Origin: Pecten maximus
Lineage: Eukaryota
Direction of reading: 5' to 3'
Assembly: GCF_902652985.1 (NCBI RefSeq)
Contig: NC_047023.1
Coordinates: 32,426,001 to 32,490,000 of the forward strand
Length of the DNA: 64,000 bases
A program made the translations under genes and the position numbers. This document shows, piece by piece, positions 38,580 through 52,335 of the stretch (position 1 is the stretch's first letter; each line of letters starts with the position of its first letter). The notes beneath the pieces were generated by a model. It searched no databases. It saw only the letters and a list, made by a program, of their open reading frames with translations, and had not been told where the DNA came from.

Positions 38580-39450
38580 TTGGTTTTGAGGGAAGTTGAT
38601 AGAAGTCGGAGAATGTTATGATTATGATCAAATCCCGTCGGGCCGCTTTGATGAGTAATACAATTGAGGATGCCTTGTAAAACTTAATTTTGCTATAAAA
38701 TGGATTCATCAGAGTATTTTGATTAAAACCTCTGGGCTTTCCGTATAGATTTTAGATTAAATTTCATTTAAAGGAAAGGATTAACAATGTTTTCAAAATT
38801 AAACGGAGATTAAACTGCAAAACGATGTGGGCAAATCGGAACGATGGCGCTGAGGTCATATCATGTGAGAATTGTTTTCCGATTGAAATTGAAAATACTA
38901 ATTACCAATCGTTAATCGAAAACTTGTTCGGTTGTCATAAACACATAGTGTCATTTGGTGAAACATACCACATTAGACTGTTTGATAAAACTGATCAGAA
39001 TGTTTTGGATTGCAGATTCACGACATAATGCAATTGAGTACACCAGTATCTTGTTTTAGGGACATATTGTGTAGGCACATGTAGTCACATCATTCGTGAA
39101 AATATCAGTGAGCAATGTATGAATTACTCTAGGTCAAATACGTGACAAGGGTAAAATGTGTAATTCTTCAGGGAAAATAGCTCTGTTTACAGTATTTTTA
39201 GTCCAATGTGAATATTGTCATTAAAAATTGTGTAGTATGTACTTGCATGGCAATAGTTGTGTATGGAGTAGTCATTGCCAAGTCTGCAGTACCCTCTAGA
39301 AATGTTATTTGTACTATTTTGCTTCTGTGTACTTTGATCTGTAGAACCTACAATTATAAACGTTTTCAGGGATGGAAATAACATATGATACCATCAGGCT
39401 TTAGAAACGCATTATGATATTTTGTTTCATTCGCAAAAATATTCGATTGC
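38580..39450 (+). pseudogene. Possible heavily decayed cGAS-like (Mab-21) domain relic
   Basis: GKLIEVGECYDYDQI...FDE (~38591-38655), NGFIRV (~38699), GVVIAK (~39265) and MIPSGFRNAL*..FAKIF (~39385) lie in Mab-21 motif order. Many stops and frameshifts. Confidence 0.3.
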
Positions 39451-41169
39451 AAATCAACAAACAAAATCATGTATAAATGTTTTATGATGGAGTGTTTATC
39501 AATCTAACTTTCTTTCGGAGAACACATTTTAGTCAACATTTTAGATAGATCAATATCGTGTTTTTTCTTTGAGCTTTGAATAGTATGCAGGATATAAATG
39601 ACTTTGTCCCATGTGAAATTAGGTTACGAATACATTTTGCTCCTACAGCAATTGTATAAAAAGAGAATGATATTATATCAAGTCTAACAGTTATAATCCC
39701 TTTTACATTTTAAATGAATCATGTTTCCCGTATCAATCTAAATAGTATCTGGGGATATATAACTGAAAAGAGATTTCAAAATCTTATTCCACCTCTGGGA
39801 CCGAAAACAGGCCTGTGTAACGTAAAATTGGACTCAATTAATCCTGTGTCTTGACCCACTATATTTTGGTTTGGTAATGTTTACTTGCGGTAGAGATGGA
39901 ATGTTTTAAACATTTGTTTCTGAATGTCATGTGAAAACGATATATTATCATGTTTCTTTTCTTATCTATATAAATGAGAAACGACATTTTTATTCCCTGA
40001 ATTATAAGAGAAGAAAGGAAAATGTATCGAACATCCCATTTCCTGATTTATCTTAACAATTTTGGCCGTTGTTAATGTATATCAGTGGGTGTGTTTCCTA
40101 TCTCTGAACCTTGATTCTCTATCAACGTAATGACTGGTGTCTGGAACCATATACGAGAGTTAAACTATTAATGTGCTGTAGAACGCTTGAGACAGATGTA
40201 ACAATAGGTTATCCGGAGAAATGTGTGTCTAGCATTATTTCTGTTGCTATGTAACATTTATAACCCATTGATTACTGCTTATTGTAATAGAATCATACCT
40301 AAACATATATATTGGGAAACAAATTAAATCGTAGCTCCTACAGAGGTATTATACCATTTTATATTATGCTAATGCTTAATGTTTTCTCTAAAAGCCTTTT
40401 GGCGTTGATACCTACATGTGTAAGTAGTTTTTTAGTTTGTTTGTAGTTTATTTTTGTTTAGTTTGTTATTTATTTTATTTATTTTAATTTTTTTTTTCAC
40501 ATTTTTGCGATTTTCTTCTAACGAACTAAAATTCGAAATTGTTACAGTTTTATTTTTGCGTTGATTTTTTTAAATATTATTATTATTATCATTTAATTCT
40601 AGATATTCATCAACTGTCGTAGATTTATATTTAGTTTGATGTTGATGTTGAGTGTTCCACCAAGATTGTTCATTACTCACTTGTTATTCATTGTAAACCT
40701 CTACGAGCCAGTCCATGTATAGTTTATAGCTATATATTATAGTTAGTATAATCCTCTATGAGCCAATTTATGTATAGTTTAATTTATATATTTATGTATG
40801 GCTTATAACTATATAGTATAAGTACTGTAATCCTACCATCTAGCTGAGTGACACTAGGGAATATCTTTCAATTCTCATATGGGGTATTTTAAAGTAATAA
40901 TGATACTTCAGCTTAATTCCCCTACTCAAATTTCCCTTGGAAAAATTATTATGGCTATATTATATATTATTATAAATTTAAATATCATATATATGTTTAA
41001 TACGTGAAGAGACCAAGGCTGTTTTCAACTACACCAGTATCTTCCATGTTTGTGCTTTTTGTTTGTCTATGTTCCTGTAATAGTTTTGTTTACATTTATG
41101 TGCCACACACGTGTGAGAGAAAGATGTAGGCATGTGTTTATGTTTGTATATTAATGGTCAAGATGGATA

Positions 41170-41977
41170 TAAGTATGTTATGTTATGTTACATTTATGTT
41201 ATAAATATGTTATGCTTATGTTACGTCTTATGTGATATATTCCATGTTATGTTACATGTTATGTTTATTTGTTATGTAGTTGTGTTGTGTTATGTTGTGT
41301 TATCTATGTTATGTTATCTATGTTATGTTATCTATGTTATGTATGTTATCTATGTTATCTATGTTATCTATGTTATGTATGTTATCTATGTTATGTATGT
41401 TATCTATGTTATGTATGCTATCTATGTTATGTTATCTATGTTATCTATGTTATCTATGTTATGTATGTTATCTATGTTATGTTATGTTATCTATGTTATG
41501 TATGTTATCTATGTTATCTATGTTATCTATGTTATCTATGTTATGTTATCTATGTTATGTTATCTATGTTATGTTATCTATGTTATGTTATGTATGTTAT
41601 CTATGTTATGTTATCTATGTTATGTTATCTATGTTATGTTATCTATGTTATGTTATCTATGTTATGTTATCTATGTTATGTTATGTTATCTATGTTATGT
41701 TATCTATGTTATGTATGTTATCTATGTTATGTATGTTATCTATGTTATGTATGTTATCTATGTTATGTTATGTTATCTATGTTATGTTATCTATGTTATG
41801 TATGTTATGTATGTTATCTATGTTATCTATGTTATCTATGTTATGTTATCTATGTTATGTTATCTATGTTATGTTATGTATGTTATCTATGTTATGTTAT
41901 CTATGTTATGTATGTTATCTATGTTATGTTATCTATGTTATGTTATCTATGTTATGTTATCTATGTTATGTTATGTT
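41170..41977. repeat. Compound microsatellite / low-complexity (TATGT)n-(TATC) tract
   Basis: Direct reading; it runs into an assembly gap. The long ORFs 41132-42243 are artefacts. Confidence 0.97.
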
Positions 41978-42191
41978 NNNNNNNNNNNNNNNNNNNNNNN
42001 NNNNNNNNNNNNNNNNNNNNNNNNNNNNNNNNNNNNNNNNNNNNNNNNNNNNNNNNNNNNNNNNNNNNNNNNNNNNNNNNNNNNNNNNNNNNNNNNNNNN
42101 NNNNNNNNNNNNNNNNNNNNNNNNNNNNNNNNNNNNNNNNNNNNNNNNNNNNNNNNNNNNNNNNNNNNNNNNNNNNNNNNNNNNNNNNNNN
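41978..42191. other. Assembly gap (214 N)
   Basis: Run of n characters. Confidence 1.
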
Positions 42192-43904
42192 GTGGGTGTG
42201 TATATATGAAGTGAAAATTATTTATGAACTGTTTTGTTATTGACAAAAATAAAACGTGTATCATATTTATTATTGTTATTTTCTAGTGTAACTGGCTAAT
42301 TTATTTTGACAGAATGTTTAGAGTTTGGGTGCGTGGTATTTGTGTGTGGAGTGCGGTGAGTGAGAGCCCCCCTGTGTGGGGACATGCTTTATATTGAGGC
42401 CCCAACCTTGGCAGCCCTCCAATGTTTTACATGTCTGGGGGAATAAAATGTTTTTGTACCTAAAAAAAAAAAAAAATTGTTCATTACAACATGGTGCGGA
42501 ACCTTCCTTCATTTATACAGTAAAAGTAAATAAGAATCATTAGAGGGGATAGGGAGGGGTCGACAGTTGAGAGGATTTTTCTTTTCTATTTTGATTGGGT
42601 TGCACCGTAGTGGCCGGTATTTTGCGTTTCAAATCAAATGAAAAAAGTCTTTCATATGCGAGTGAATACATCCGGGCAGTCGTATGATATACATTATATG
42701 GTAGCAATAGTAACAGTAGCCATACACAAAATCATTTATCAAACTTTCGTGTACCGGAAATATTCTTGTATGAGTATTTGATATTCGAGATGGCCAGTTT
42801 CTTCATTTAATCCGGGAAAAGAAACCGTTATTTAAAATGAGAAAAATATCCGTGAAACAGTTCCTTATTCGATTATTTTTTTCACTTAAATAGCTAGTAA
42901 CTGGGTTATCGCCTACATGACTCCGCCTATTACTAAGTTTCGTCGCACTGAAATATCCAACTCGCCTGTAGAACTTAGCCTATGATAGACCAAATGAAGG
43001 TAATATTATTTGTATTAGCTTACTTACTCGTTCTTGAATTCTATTAAATGGTCTTGTGGTGTATGATTAGCGTCATTTTGGACTTCTGGTTGGTCACCAA
43101 ACCCAACCTAAATAACTTTTTTTTATTATCGTGGAACACCGTTGTTAATAAGTCAACCATTAGAATAACAATACGTTAATTGGCGAATATATATAGAAAG
43201 GATTATCGCAACAATAAAGCTTATTTCTCATTGATTATTTGGTTTTACAATAGTTAATTGGAATTTATAGAAGAAATGTAACCCGTGGAGGCCAACAGAG
43301 CACCGAATAACAGCGTTGTTTTTCTAGCAATTAACCTTTATAATGTACATGTAGAATTGACGAAATTTATAGATCAAAGGTGATACCAAACATTCTTACA
43401 GATGTGTGTTGGTATACATACATGTATAATATACTTCTAATTATAACAATATACTAACTAATATAGTCATTTCATGTAAACGAATAGGGATAGCAATAAT
43501 ATGGACCAATGTAGTCTTTATTTCTCAGCAAATTGACAGCTTTGTCTACACATCCGGTCAAATGTGTCTCATGGAATTCATCTGGTATAAACAGATGAAA
43601 TACCCACCTTATAGGGTTAGGGACTCTCATCTCATGAAGCTGGAGATTATCTACCCTCAAGGTAGGGAAACATCCTATCATTCCACATGGAACCCCACAT
43701 GGTCAGTCTTATAGATATATCCTAACAACGATGATATACACTCTAGGTGTTTTGTGTAAACATCTGGGGCAGCAGTTGTGATGATCAAAGCATAACATAG
43801 TAGACACAGGCGTGATTACATTATTGTAATCGAGGTACGTTTAAATGTGAACTGAGTAACAGATATATCGCATGCCTTATAAAACTTTACCATAATTTGC
43901 TTCA

Positions 43905-44290
43905 TCCGTCGTCACCACCGTAGGTCTCAATTTGAAAATGTGACCTAGATTTGTATGGCGGGTGTCGTCGTGACCTAGATTTGTACGGCGTGTGTCGTCG
44001 TGAACTAGATTTGTATGGCGGGTATCGTCGTGACCTAGATTTGTATGGCGGGTGTCGTCATGACCTAGATTTGTATGGCGGGTGTCGTCGTGACCTAGAT
44101 TTGCATGGCGGGTGTTGTTGAAGAAGCAAAAGACGTTTATCCTTCCGAAAACATATTTCCTTATTCTCCTTTTTGGACATATACAAATGCATATGCATAT
44201 TAATAGTGTTTTTGTCCTGGTTTTATCGACGTTTAATTGGAATTTTGATTTCACTTTAATGTCAGTGTTTTTCTACGACTCATCAATGTG
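43905..44290 (+). mobile_element. PLE-associated 3' repeat copy with a 30-bp tandem array (about 6 units, 43941-44118)
   Basis: Same TGACCTAGATTTGTATGGCGGGTGTCGTCG unit as 4394-4600, followed by GAAGCAAAAGACGTTTATCCTTCCG. Confidence 0.65.
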
Positions 44291-45379
44291 CTATGTAGAG
44301 GAAGGAAACAAAATTAAAACCTGACTCCATTAGTAAATCAATTTGATAAACAAATAATTTCAAAGGTATATATCGAATATGTGTGTTATTCTGAACTGGT
44401 GCTCTTTTATATGATGTGGCATTAATGATAACGGTAAACATTATGGAATAACAAATCCACCAGCAGCTTACCACCTACCGCTCTAAAAAGATTCTTAAAA
44501 AAGAAACATCAGACAGTTTTTATGTTGAAACCACTAGAGTAACATATTAGTAATGGTCGCCGTAATGTTATACTATCTAATGACTAGGGCGTTAGGGCAC
44601 AACTTCTAATCACGAGGACAGTAGCAGTAGAATCTCACATTTCTATCAGTGGCTCACTGATTCAGTGTTGGACTGGCAATAATTACTGGACAGGTACGAA
44701 AAGGTCGATGAGTTGTAAAACTTCCAAGCATGACATAGCAAACTGCGTTTTGTGTTGATCAGACACAGGCGTGATATCTAACGATTAATTAGTAGTATTA
44801 AGTTTGTGTATCGTAAATTAGTGGATTATCTATAGGTTACCTGATACTTCCAGTAAAACACTCTCTCACTTCCATATCGTCTTTCTTTAGAACTTAATAC
44901 TTCTGAATAGCCTCCTCCTTACGTCAACAATATGATGGAGGTCGTAATATTATCCCTTCCTGCGCTCTCAATCTACAGAAACGTGTTGTTACCAAACTGT
45001 GATTGTTTTGTATTATTACATACCGCGTGAATTCGGTTACCGTATGTGCCTATGCTGGTAGGGCATAAGAATTTTACCTTCTATCTCCATTTCGTGATTT
45101 CTAAGAGACGGTTGAACTTTGGAGTATTTATACATATACGGTTTATTTCTAATGTCCTAGTTTCTTTGAATATTATGTAAAACATTTATGTATATAAATA
45201 TGAGTCCGCCCATTCCCGTATTCACCAAAGCCACATATACTCGGGATTAATGAGAGTTCATCGTCTTCATTCCTTACTTCCTTAGCGGATCAGTTTTCAT
45301 GGCAAATGACTGATATAGATAGCATCTTAGTTCTCCAAAAACACATGCCTATATAACACGTAGTAAACGAATTAAATAG

Positions 45380-45548
45380 AGGTTGCACAACGAGTGGTTG
45401 TTGTATATGGTATTTCTGTCACTCGAGTTAGATATTTTTCAAAAGTTAAAAAACACCAGCTTTACCGAGTGTTTTTTGTAGCTTTCGCAAATTTACTAAC
45501 GAGAGTGAAAGAAATACCATATACAGCAATCACGAGTTTGTGTGACCT
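45380..45548. repeat. ~170-bp imperfect palindrome (hairpin end of a non-autonomous element)
   Basis: AGGTTGCACAACGAGTGGTTGTTGTATATGGTATTTCTGTCACTCG pairs with GAGAGTGAAAGAAATACCATATACAGCAATCACGAGTTTGTGTGACCT. Confidence 0.75.
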
Positions 45549-46031
45549 GTTCTACCACAACAGAAAAGCTATTCCGAAGAAGAATTCTTTTCAAAATACC
45601 ATGTGTAGTGTAAGGCTATGACCTTAATTGAAATAAATATATAAAAATATGCAAAATTTACAATGTCGGAAATGTATGGAAATATTACAATTTATTAGAA
45701 ATCATAACAATGATAAGCAAGTTTATTCTTTTCAAAGCAATAAATTGATAGAAGTCTATATATATGTTCAAGGAAAATAACAAAAACAATTGCGAACTAC
45801 TTCTTGTGCGTTATCATTTCCGGGACATCGTTAAGCGGCCTTCGGGTGTTAGCGTATCAAATTATATTGACCAACGTGATTAAAAAATAGTCCCCGGCAA
45901 AGGTCACCGTGCCAACCAATCAAAGGGAGTTTAGAGTTTATCCCACGTGTGGTATAAACTGAATGTTACTCAATAGTTGTAATGATTTTTTCATGACTTG
46001 GGAGTTGAATAACACTAATCTATTGTGGTAA

Positions 46032-46245
46032 GGGACAGCGGTGGCCGAGTGGTTAAGATGTCCCGACACTTAATCACTAGTCCTCCACCTCTTGGTTGCG
46101 AGTTCGAAACCCACGTGGGGCAGTTGCCTGGTATTGACCGTAAGTCGGTGGTTTTTCACCTGGTACTCCGGCTTTCCTCCATCTTCAAAGCCAGACACGT
46201 CCTTAAATGGCTGTTAATAGGACGTTAAACAAAGTAAACCAAAAC
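46032..46245 (+). mobile_element. tRNA-derived V-type SINE, same family as 7952-8179 but more diverged
   Basis: A/B boxes and core conserved; TSD CTATTGTGG at 46020-46028 and 46246-46254. Confidence 0.9.
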
Positions 46246-49200
46246 CTATTGTGGAAGAATCTTGTTTCCTGATGAGTAACAAAACTAGTGTATCAAATGA
46301 TACCGATTGGTCATTCTCGCAGAACAAATCAAAATCAAGCAAGTATTGTATCTGTCTATTTGAATCAATGTGATATATTTCATACTAACCTCTATCTAAA
46401 ATAAATTCCTTCTGAATACAATGTGATATATTTCATACTAACCCCTATCTAAAATAAATGCCTTCATCCCATTTTCCTTTACCATTTTAAACATTGCCAT
46501 CGATGGACATGGTACACGACCTTTGTGAGAAGCTAAAAAAGTAGTGATACATGTCATATTATATAGCGTTCGATTTCAGCGGCTAATGAACATGGATTTC
46601 ACTCAGATGACATGGAATAACTTCTAACTATAAATTACGACTTCTTTTTTTCTCACATCAAAATAATTTTCAAACTCGGAGCAGCATGTAATGAAACCCT
46701 CTAATGATACCATTCCTTCGTCACAGGAAATGACAAGACATTTAAGTAGGAACGGAAATGCCAAAAATAGGCTTTCAATGTGCCTATCACATTTCTGGAA
46801 CTCGGAGACATCAAGCATTAACGGTAGAAAGTTGAGATGATTTGGTCTGACCTAACATGAGAAAGCAATGCTTGGTATTTGAATAAGATGAATTTTCTGT
46901 CAATCACCAAAGGTTATGTACTTTGTTTTGATTTTTCAAATGTGTCACAATCATATTTTTTCACATATGCAAAATACTGTAGTATTTGTATACATGAATA
47001 CATTGCTACATGCATACAAAATATTGTTACTGATCGGGAAAAAAAAAACGTCATGTAAGATCAAGATATAGCAAACATCTGTTTTATTGTGACATTTTTG
47101 GAATATTATTTTTCAACATTTTCAGAAAAATTAGGTTTGTATTTTTTTCCTTTAGCCTTTTCTTTAATAAGTATTACAACTATATATCGAATCGCTTAGG
47201 CAGTAAGAGATGTTTGTCTCAGCTGTCTAATACGTATGCATAGTTACACAAAATATATTTTTACTTATCACTCTCCGAAGTATGTATGTACAATAACGGA
47301 GTATTGTTCCAAGAAAATCCTATTTATATGCGTAGATGTTGCAAAGGTACTGAACTAGTAACAAAATTGATAACTAGTAATAACAAGACGCGAATGATGA
47401 CTGAATTTATTCTGTGGATAATTGAAATACTAATATCATAATTAAAAGTATTAATATAATTTCAATACACATTCATACTGTGAATCAGCTTATCAACAAC
47501 ACTCCCATGTTACGTTTTTCAAACATAGTAGACACCAGTATCATTTTTAGTTATTACCGAAACTATCAAATTGAAGGTATTGGATGTGTAATCCTCCCCT
47601 AGTTAGCATTATCCCTTTCCGTTTGATTCATTTACATTATTCCATAGTCTCTCTGATCCCATCAATCCTACATGTCCTGCTTTCTGAGGAACCAGTTTAA
47701 TAGGGGTAAATGCTATCTGATTAAATATAATTAATGTGTTTGATAACGTAGTCATATTATGTAACTACTGACGTTATAAATTACACATAATTAAATGGCA
47801 GTACTATCGTAAGACATTCATTTATCAAACCTCTCTTGCCATATACAGCCGGTAGCCATGGTTTTCCGCCAACACCAATTACTAGGAGTGCATTACCATC
47901 TACCTCTATCGCGGCATATTATAAAAAGTGATGGATACTACAAATTAATTGCATCAAAAATGCTACATTGTCATCGACGGCAGGTTCATCTGAGAAAATT
48001 CTAAATATTTTATGGAAATTCAAAGAAAGCAATCAATCAAAACCTTAAAAGTCTGAATCTCCAGGGAAATTAAACTCCCGCAAAAATGTGATCCGAATGA
48101 TATGAATAGCAGAACTATAATTACATTTTACGCTTCTTAAAGTGATATCACCCCGATACCGTTTGTAAATTCGCAGATTAAAGAAAGGGTCGTTAGGTTT
48201 GATATACGTCTATGAGGATGCTGAAATGAATCACCCATACAATTCAGTCTGTTATGAACAGACCTCATATAACAATGTCTAGTGAACTTTAATACTTTTT
48301 ATGAACTGTGATATTGTATTCTGAGTAATGATGGTGTCCCCGATCAACTGTAACAGCGTTAAATTAACAATGTTATTGTGCGATGATAATGTTTATTTTT
48401 TTCAGTGGTAGTGTTGAGTCAACTGCAATGTTCAAGCGTTCAATGGAAGTCGACATATTGGTGTTCAGTAGATATAAGTGATCAGAGAAACGTTATTAAA
48501 TAGATTAATTGGAGATATTTTTTGATAAAAATTGAGAGTTCATTTTCCATCTCTGTGTGAAAATAGACTGCTATTTAAAAATGACCTAATGTAACAGCGA
48601 TAGTATTGGCTATATAATCGGTATTATCTTAAATCAGTATATGCTTATCTCATGATGTATGTATTTTTGGACACATACTTTTTCGCATTTTAAGTGTGGG
48701 TTAAAACTTAAATGAAATAAGGCATTCCAAATCAATGATTTATTTTTCTTAAAAATTCTAACTCGATAGTAACCAAATGATTATTTAATGTTTCACAAGC
48801 AATAACGTCCAAAATGAAACCAAACTGGTCAGTAAGATACATTTTTAAGAACTCCATTGGGAGTTCCTTCATGTGCAAAATAGATTAAATAATGATTATT
48901 TGTCAACGGTCAAATTTTATGACGTCTCATACCTATTCGATAAATTATTTCTGGAATCTTCAATAAGTGGTTCTCTTAAACATTTTCAAAGTCAGCGACG
49001 CAATGTCTGAAAACATATCCTCCTTTCTGGTTTAAATGCCACGTAAGACGATTCTACGCTCGTGCTAAGTTCGTGCTATGGTGATATGACCATTGTGGCG
49101 GATCATAAAATGCGTGATTACGTTGTTTGTTCTCCATATCAAAAGGTTAAGAGTCTCGCGTGTTCGCCTCAGCTACCACTTCATGACGACAGAATCATCG

Positions 49201-49919
49201 ATTGCCGAACTTGTAGTTTCTATGTCAAACACCAACCAAAAACATCTTGTATATCGTTATAAGTACACCCTGTATAGGTGATAGAATATATACATTTAAA
49301 ATGAATTATATAGATGTATATTTAAATGAAACTTTCAAAATATTTCCCTCAGCAAAAGTGTATGGACTACATATATCAGGGTTGGGGTACCGTTGGTTCA
49401 GCCCCTAGTAACAATTTTCTGCCCTCACAGATGAGGGTATAATCACTCACTCTCAACGTCATAAAGATTTTTTTTTCTATTAGTTTGTATTTTAAATGTG
49501 TAGATTGCTGTTTTAATAGTTAGTGTAAGAATATCAATTTGCCAGATGTCTGTCTATGTATCTAGTAATTGAGGATCAGCAATGACTATCCATGGTTATA
49601 TAGCTTTGTGATAAGGTGGTCAAACTCGAGATAGTCATACTTCCGATTTCGAGATAGTTATTCATATGTTTCCCCTCGTGTTATCGATTTTGAGTTAGAA
49701 TCATGGTTATGTCATTGTCGGTTTTCCTAATGATGTCCAATGCTGATACATTACATTGATTTGTCTATCTAACTATTGTAGAACTAACTGTCGTACTTAT
49801 TGTAACACATGCTGCAGCCTCCCTTTCATATTTTCCTTATATGGACAATTGTATCTCAATTGTAATCACAACATAAGAAAATTGACAAGTAATTATTACG
49901 CTGTGTTAAGGATGAAGGG

Positions 49920-50149
49920 TTTGGTTTGTTTGTTTTGTTTTTGTTTAACGTCCTTATGTAACAGCCAGGGTCATTTAAGGACGTGCTAGGTTTTGGAGGT
50001 GGAGGAAAGCCGGAGTACCCGGAGAAAAACCACCGGCCTACAGTCAGTACCTGGCAACTGCCCCACGTAGGTTTCGAACTCGCAACCCAGAGGTGGAGGG
50101 CTAGTGATAAAGTGTCGGGACACCTCAACCACTCGGCCACCGTGGCCCC
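49920..50149 (-). mobile_element. tRNA-derived V-type SINE, same family, reverse orientation
   Basis: Reverse complement is nearly identical to 7952-8179. TSD TGTTA(A)GGATGAAGGG at 49904-49919 and 50151-50165. Confidence 0.93.
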
Positions 50150-50169
50150 ATGTTAGGATGAAGGGACAA

Positions 50170-50930
50170 ACCGGAGGAACTGGTATATAGTAAGATGTAT
50201 AAGGCGATGGTGGAATGATGGTGTGGGGTTGTTAATAATACAGAAAGAGAAAAACATGGTCTTTTAAATGAGAAAGTGTGTCAAAGGTTAACGGACGATA
50301 GAGGATACGTGAGATCTACAGAAAAGATGGAGACCGAACGATAGCTGATATATGTTATAATGATGCGTTGTATCAAGGACGGAAACAACACAATATCAGG
50401 TGTGAAATGTAGATGGGTCAAAGACCGTAGGATTAAAGAGAATATCGTAACAGATCAGGGGATATGTTGACTATCAGATAAGTTTTAAGTAAGATTTGTG
50501 AATTTTTATATCCTTGAAATAACCAAGTTCATATCAGCACATGCACTATACACAATTAACACTGTTTTTGATTTGTTTACTTAAAGGCAAACTAAACAAA
50601 ACATAACCTTATAAAACGTGACTATTTCATACAAAATTACCTTCGTCTGAAAAGGTCTGTCTATGGGGATGATGATAGGCCAGCCGTCTACCAGCTATAG
50701 AACAACATGAAACGCCCATAGGAATCGCGTCTGATACATGGTCATATGATACGGCTGGTTTGTTGCCAATCCATGTCATCTAATATTAGACAAAAAGACA
50801 ATCGTTTATTCTCTAAACAGACGTATGTATCCACGAGTTCAGCATGACAATGGATTGGTCTGATCATATCATACGTATTACAACTATACGTATTACAACG
50901 TATTAAAGTCGCAAATATGCCTAAAGCTGA
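50170..50930 (+). pseudogene. Possible decayed TRIM/NHL beta-propeller fragment
   Basis: RRIKENIVTDQGIC*LSD (~50427-50480), PIGIASD...IHVI (~50715-50780) and QWIG...IKVA (~50850-50915) resemble NHL blades, in order. Many lesions. Confidence 0.3.
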
Positions 50931-51129
50931 TGTCACATATCTTCTACGAGGACCGTGCGTCGATTAAAACGGATTTTGGCATTTTATTTAGTACCCGTTA
51001 ATTTTTAGAACAGTGGGGCACTTTTCATAATCGTACGGGCGCCATGGTGCTAAACTGCTTACTCCAAATACTTCCGTCTTTCCCTCTGACATTCAGGCTT
51101 TGACTTATATATTTGACAACAATTGTGAA

Positions 51130-51300
51130 ACAAGTTCTATCAATATATAACCCTCATGGCACGGATGGATTGGAGAGAGAGGCTTCATTGTGGGAACCGG
51201 AGTATAAGGGAAACCTATGTGGTCCCATTCCTTTCCATGCCAGATCGTGTAATCGAACCTCAGTCACCTAGGTGAAGTAAGAGTCTGTTAACATTGCGCC
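51130..51300 (-). mobile_element. Old, diverged tRNA-SINE (different V-type subfamily)
   Basis: Minus strand GGCGCAATGTT (A box), GGTTCGATT (B box) and GGTTTCCC..TACTCCGGTTCCC core. Confidence 0.5.
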
Positions 51301-51429
51301 TTTTAGATGTCAAAAGTTCACCGCGTTGACGTATGGCGTCCTACTGACTGCAGTGCAATCCGACTTAACCTGTATGACTACTGTACTGTGATGTAAGGGA
51401 CCATTGAACTGATCCTTACGATCACATTG

Positions 51430-52335
51430 CAAAATTTTTAAAAAGTTCTATTCCGGTCGTCATTGAAAATCCAAGGATAGTTCATGGTTTGAAAATTATA
51501 TGGACTGTTCAGATATATGACATTTGTATTCCCCACGGAAGAGCGAAAATGACAGTGCTAGAGAGCTTTATTGGAGAGATTATCTTTGTTAAATAACTTC
51601 CTTCCTCGATGAAATCTGACACGCAATACATGAAAGATTTAAATACTAGAATGATTTTAATCGGATGCTTACCAATTCAAAAGCAGCAGATGTGTCCTAA
51701 GATATGGTAAGAACAAAAACCGGCGCCATTGGTAATTTTATTTGATGAATTGATTTTATTGCTATAAATAGATGTGTCTGGTCACTGGATAAAAACAAAA
51801 TGGCTAAAAGCTTAATAGGCAGAATACAAGTTTAAATGCCAGAGATCACGAAGAGTCGAGTTTATAAAGATTGCAAATGTTCCATAATCAAGAAATTATG
51901 CTCTGTGGGGAATAGGGAAATCGGTTTTAAAATAACTTTCTCTGTATTTTACAATCCTTACTTCAAAGGTTTTGGAAATGGTTCCATTCGTATAGTCATT
52001 CCCGGGCGGTCAAACATCTCCAAATTGTCCTTGTCCCTATTATATCTTCATTTGATAGGGATTCTGCGTAAATACACATTCTCTTTTGCATCGCTTTCAG
52101 TCAGCAATTTGATAAATAATCTGATTTGAACATGTCCAGGAGATGTTGAACCGGTATGGTAACGCAAATGTGAAGTACATTGTGGCAAATATGTAGATAT
52201 GTGTCTGCCCCATGTGCCCTTAGGTAGATATATGTCGTAATAAGGCAGAAAAAGCCAAGATATTAGTCCAATTAAAACAAATATCAAATTCCTTATCTTC
52301 TTTAAAGATGCTACATCTCCGACAGAGAGTAATCA
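51430..52335 (-). pseudogene. Decayed cGAS-like receptor (Mab-21 nucleotidyltransferase) domain 2
   Basis: LLSVG..LKKI (52318-52332) frameshifts into KEFDICF (52274-52291; cf. LLxxGSxxExxKIxxPxEFDxxF). Then SPGHVQIRL (52117-52143), NVYL, HFVFI (51788-51802), QWR (~51723-51731) and YNFK/TM..WIF (~51465-51500). Confidence 0.5.

Noticed and set aside
41132-42264. ORFs of 300-360 aa
   Set aside because: Microsatellite plus N gap.
43470-43800. Possible DIRS-type RT relic on the minus strand (LCF..TTAAPDVYTK)
   Set aside because: One weak motif, no YxDD; insufficient without a search.
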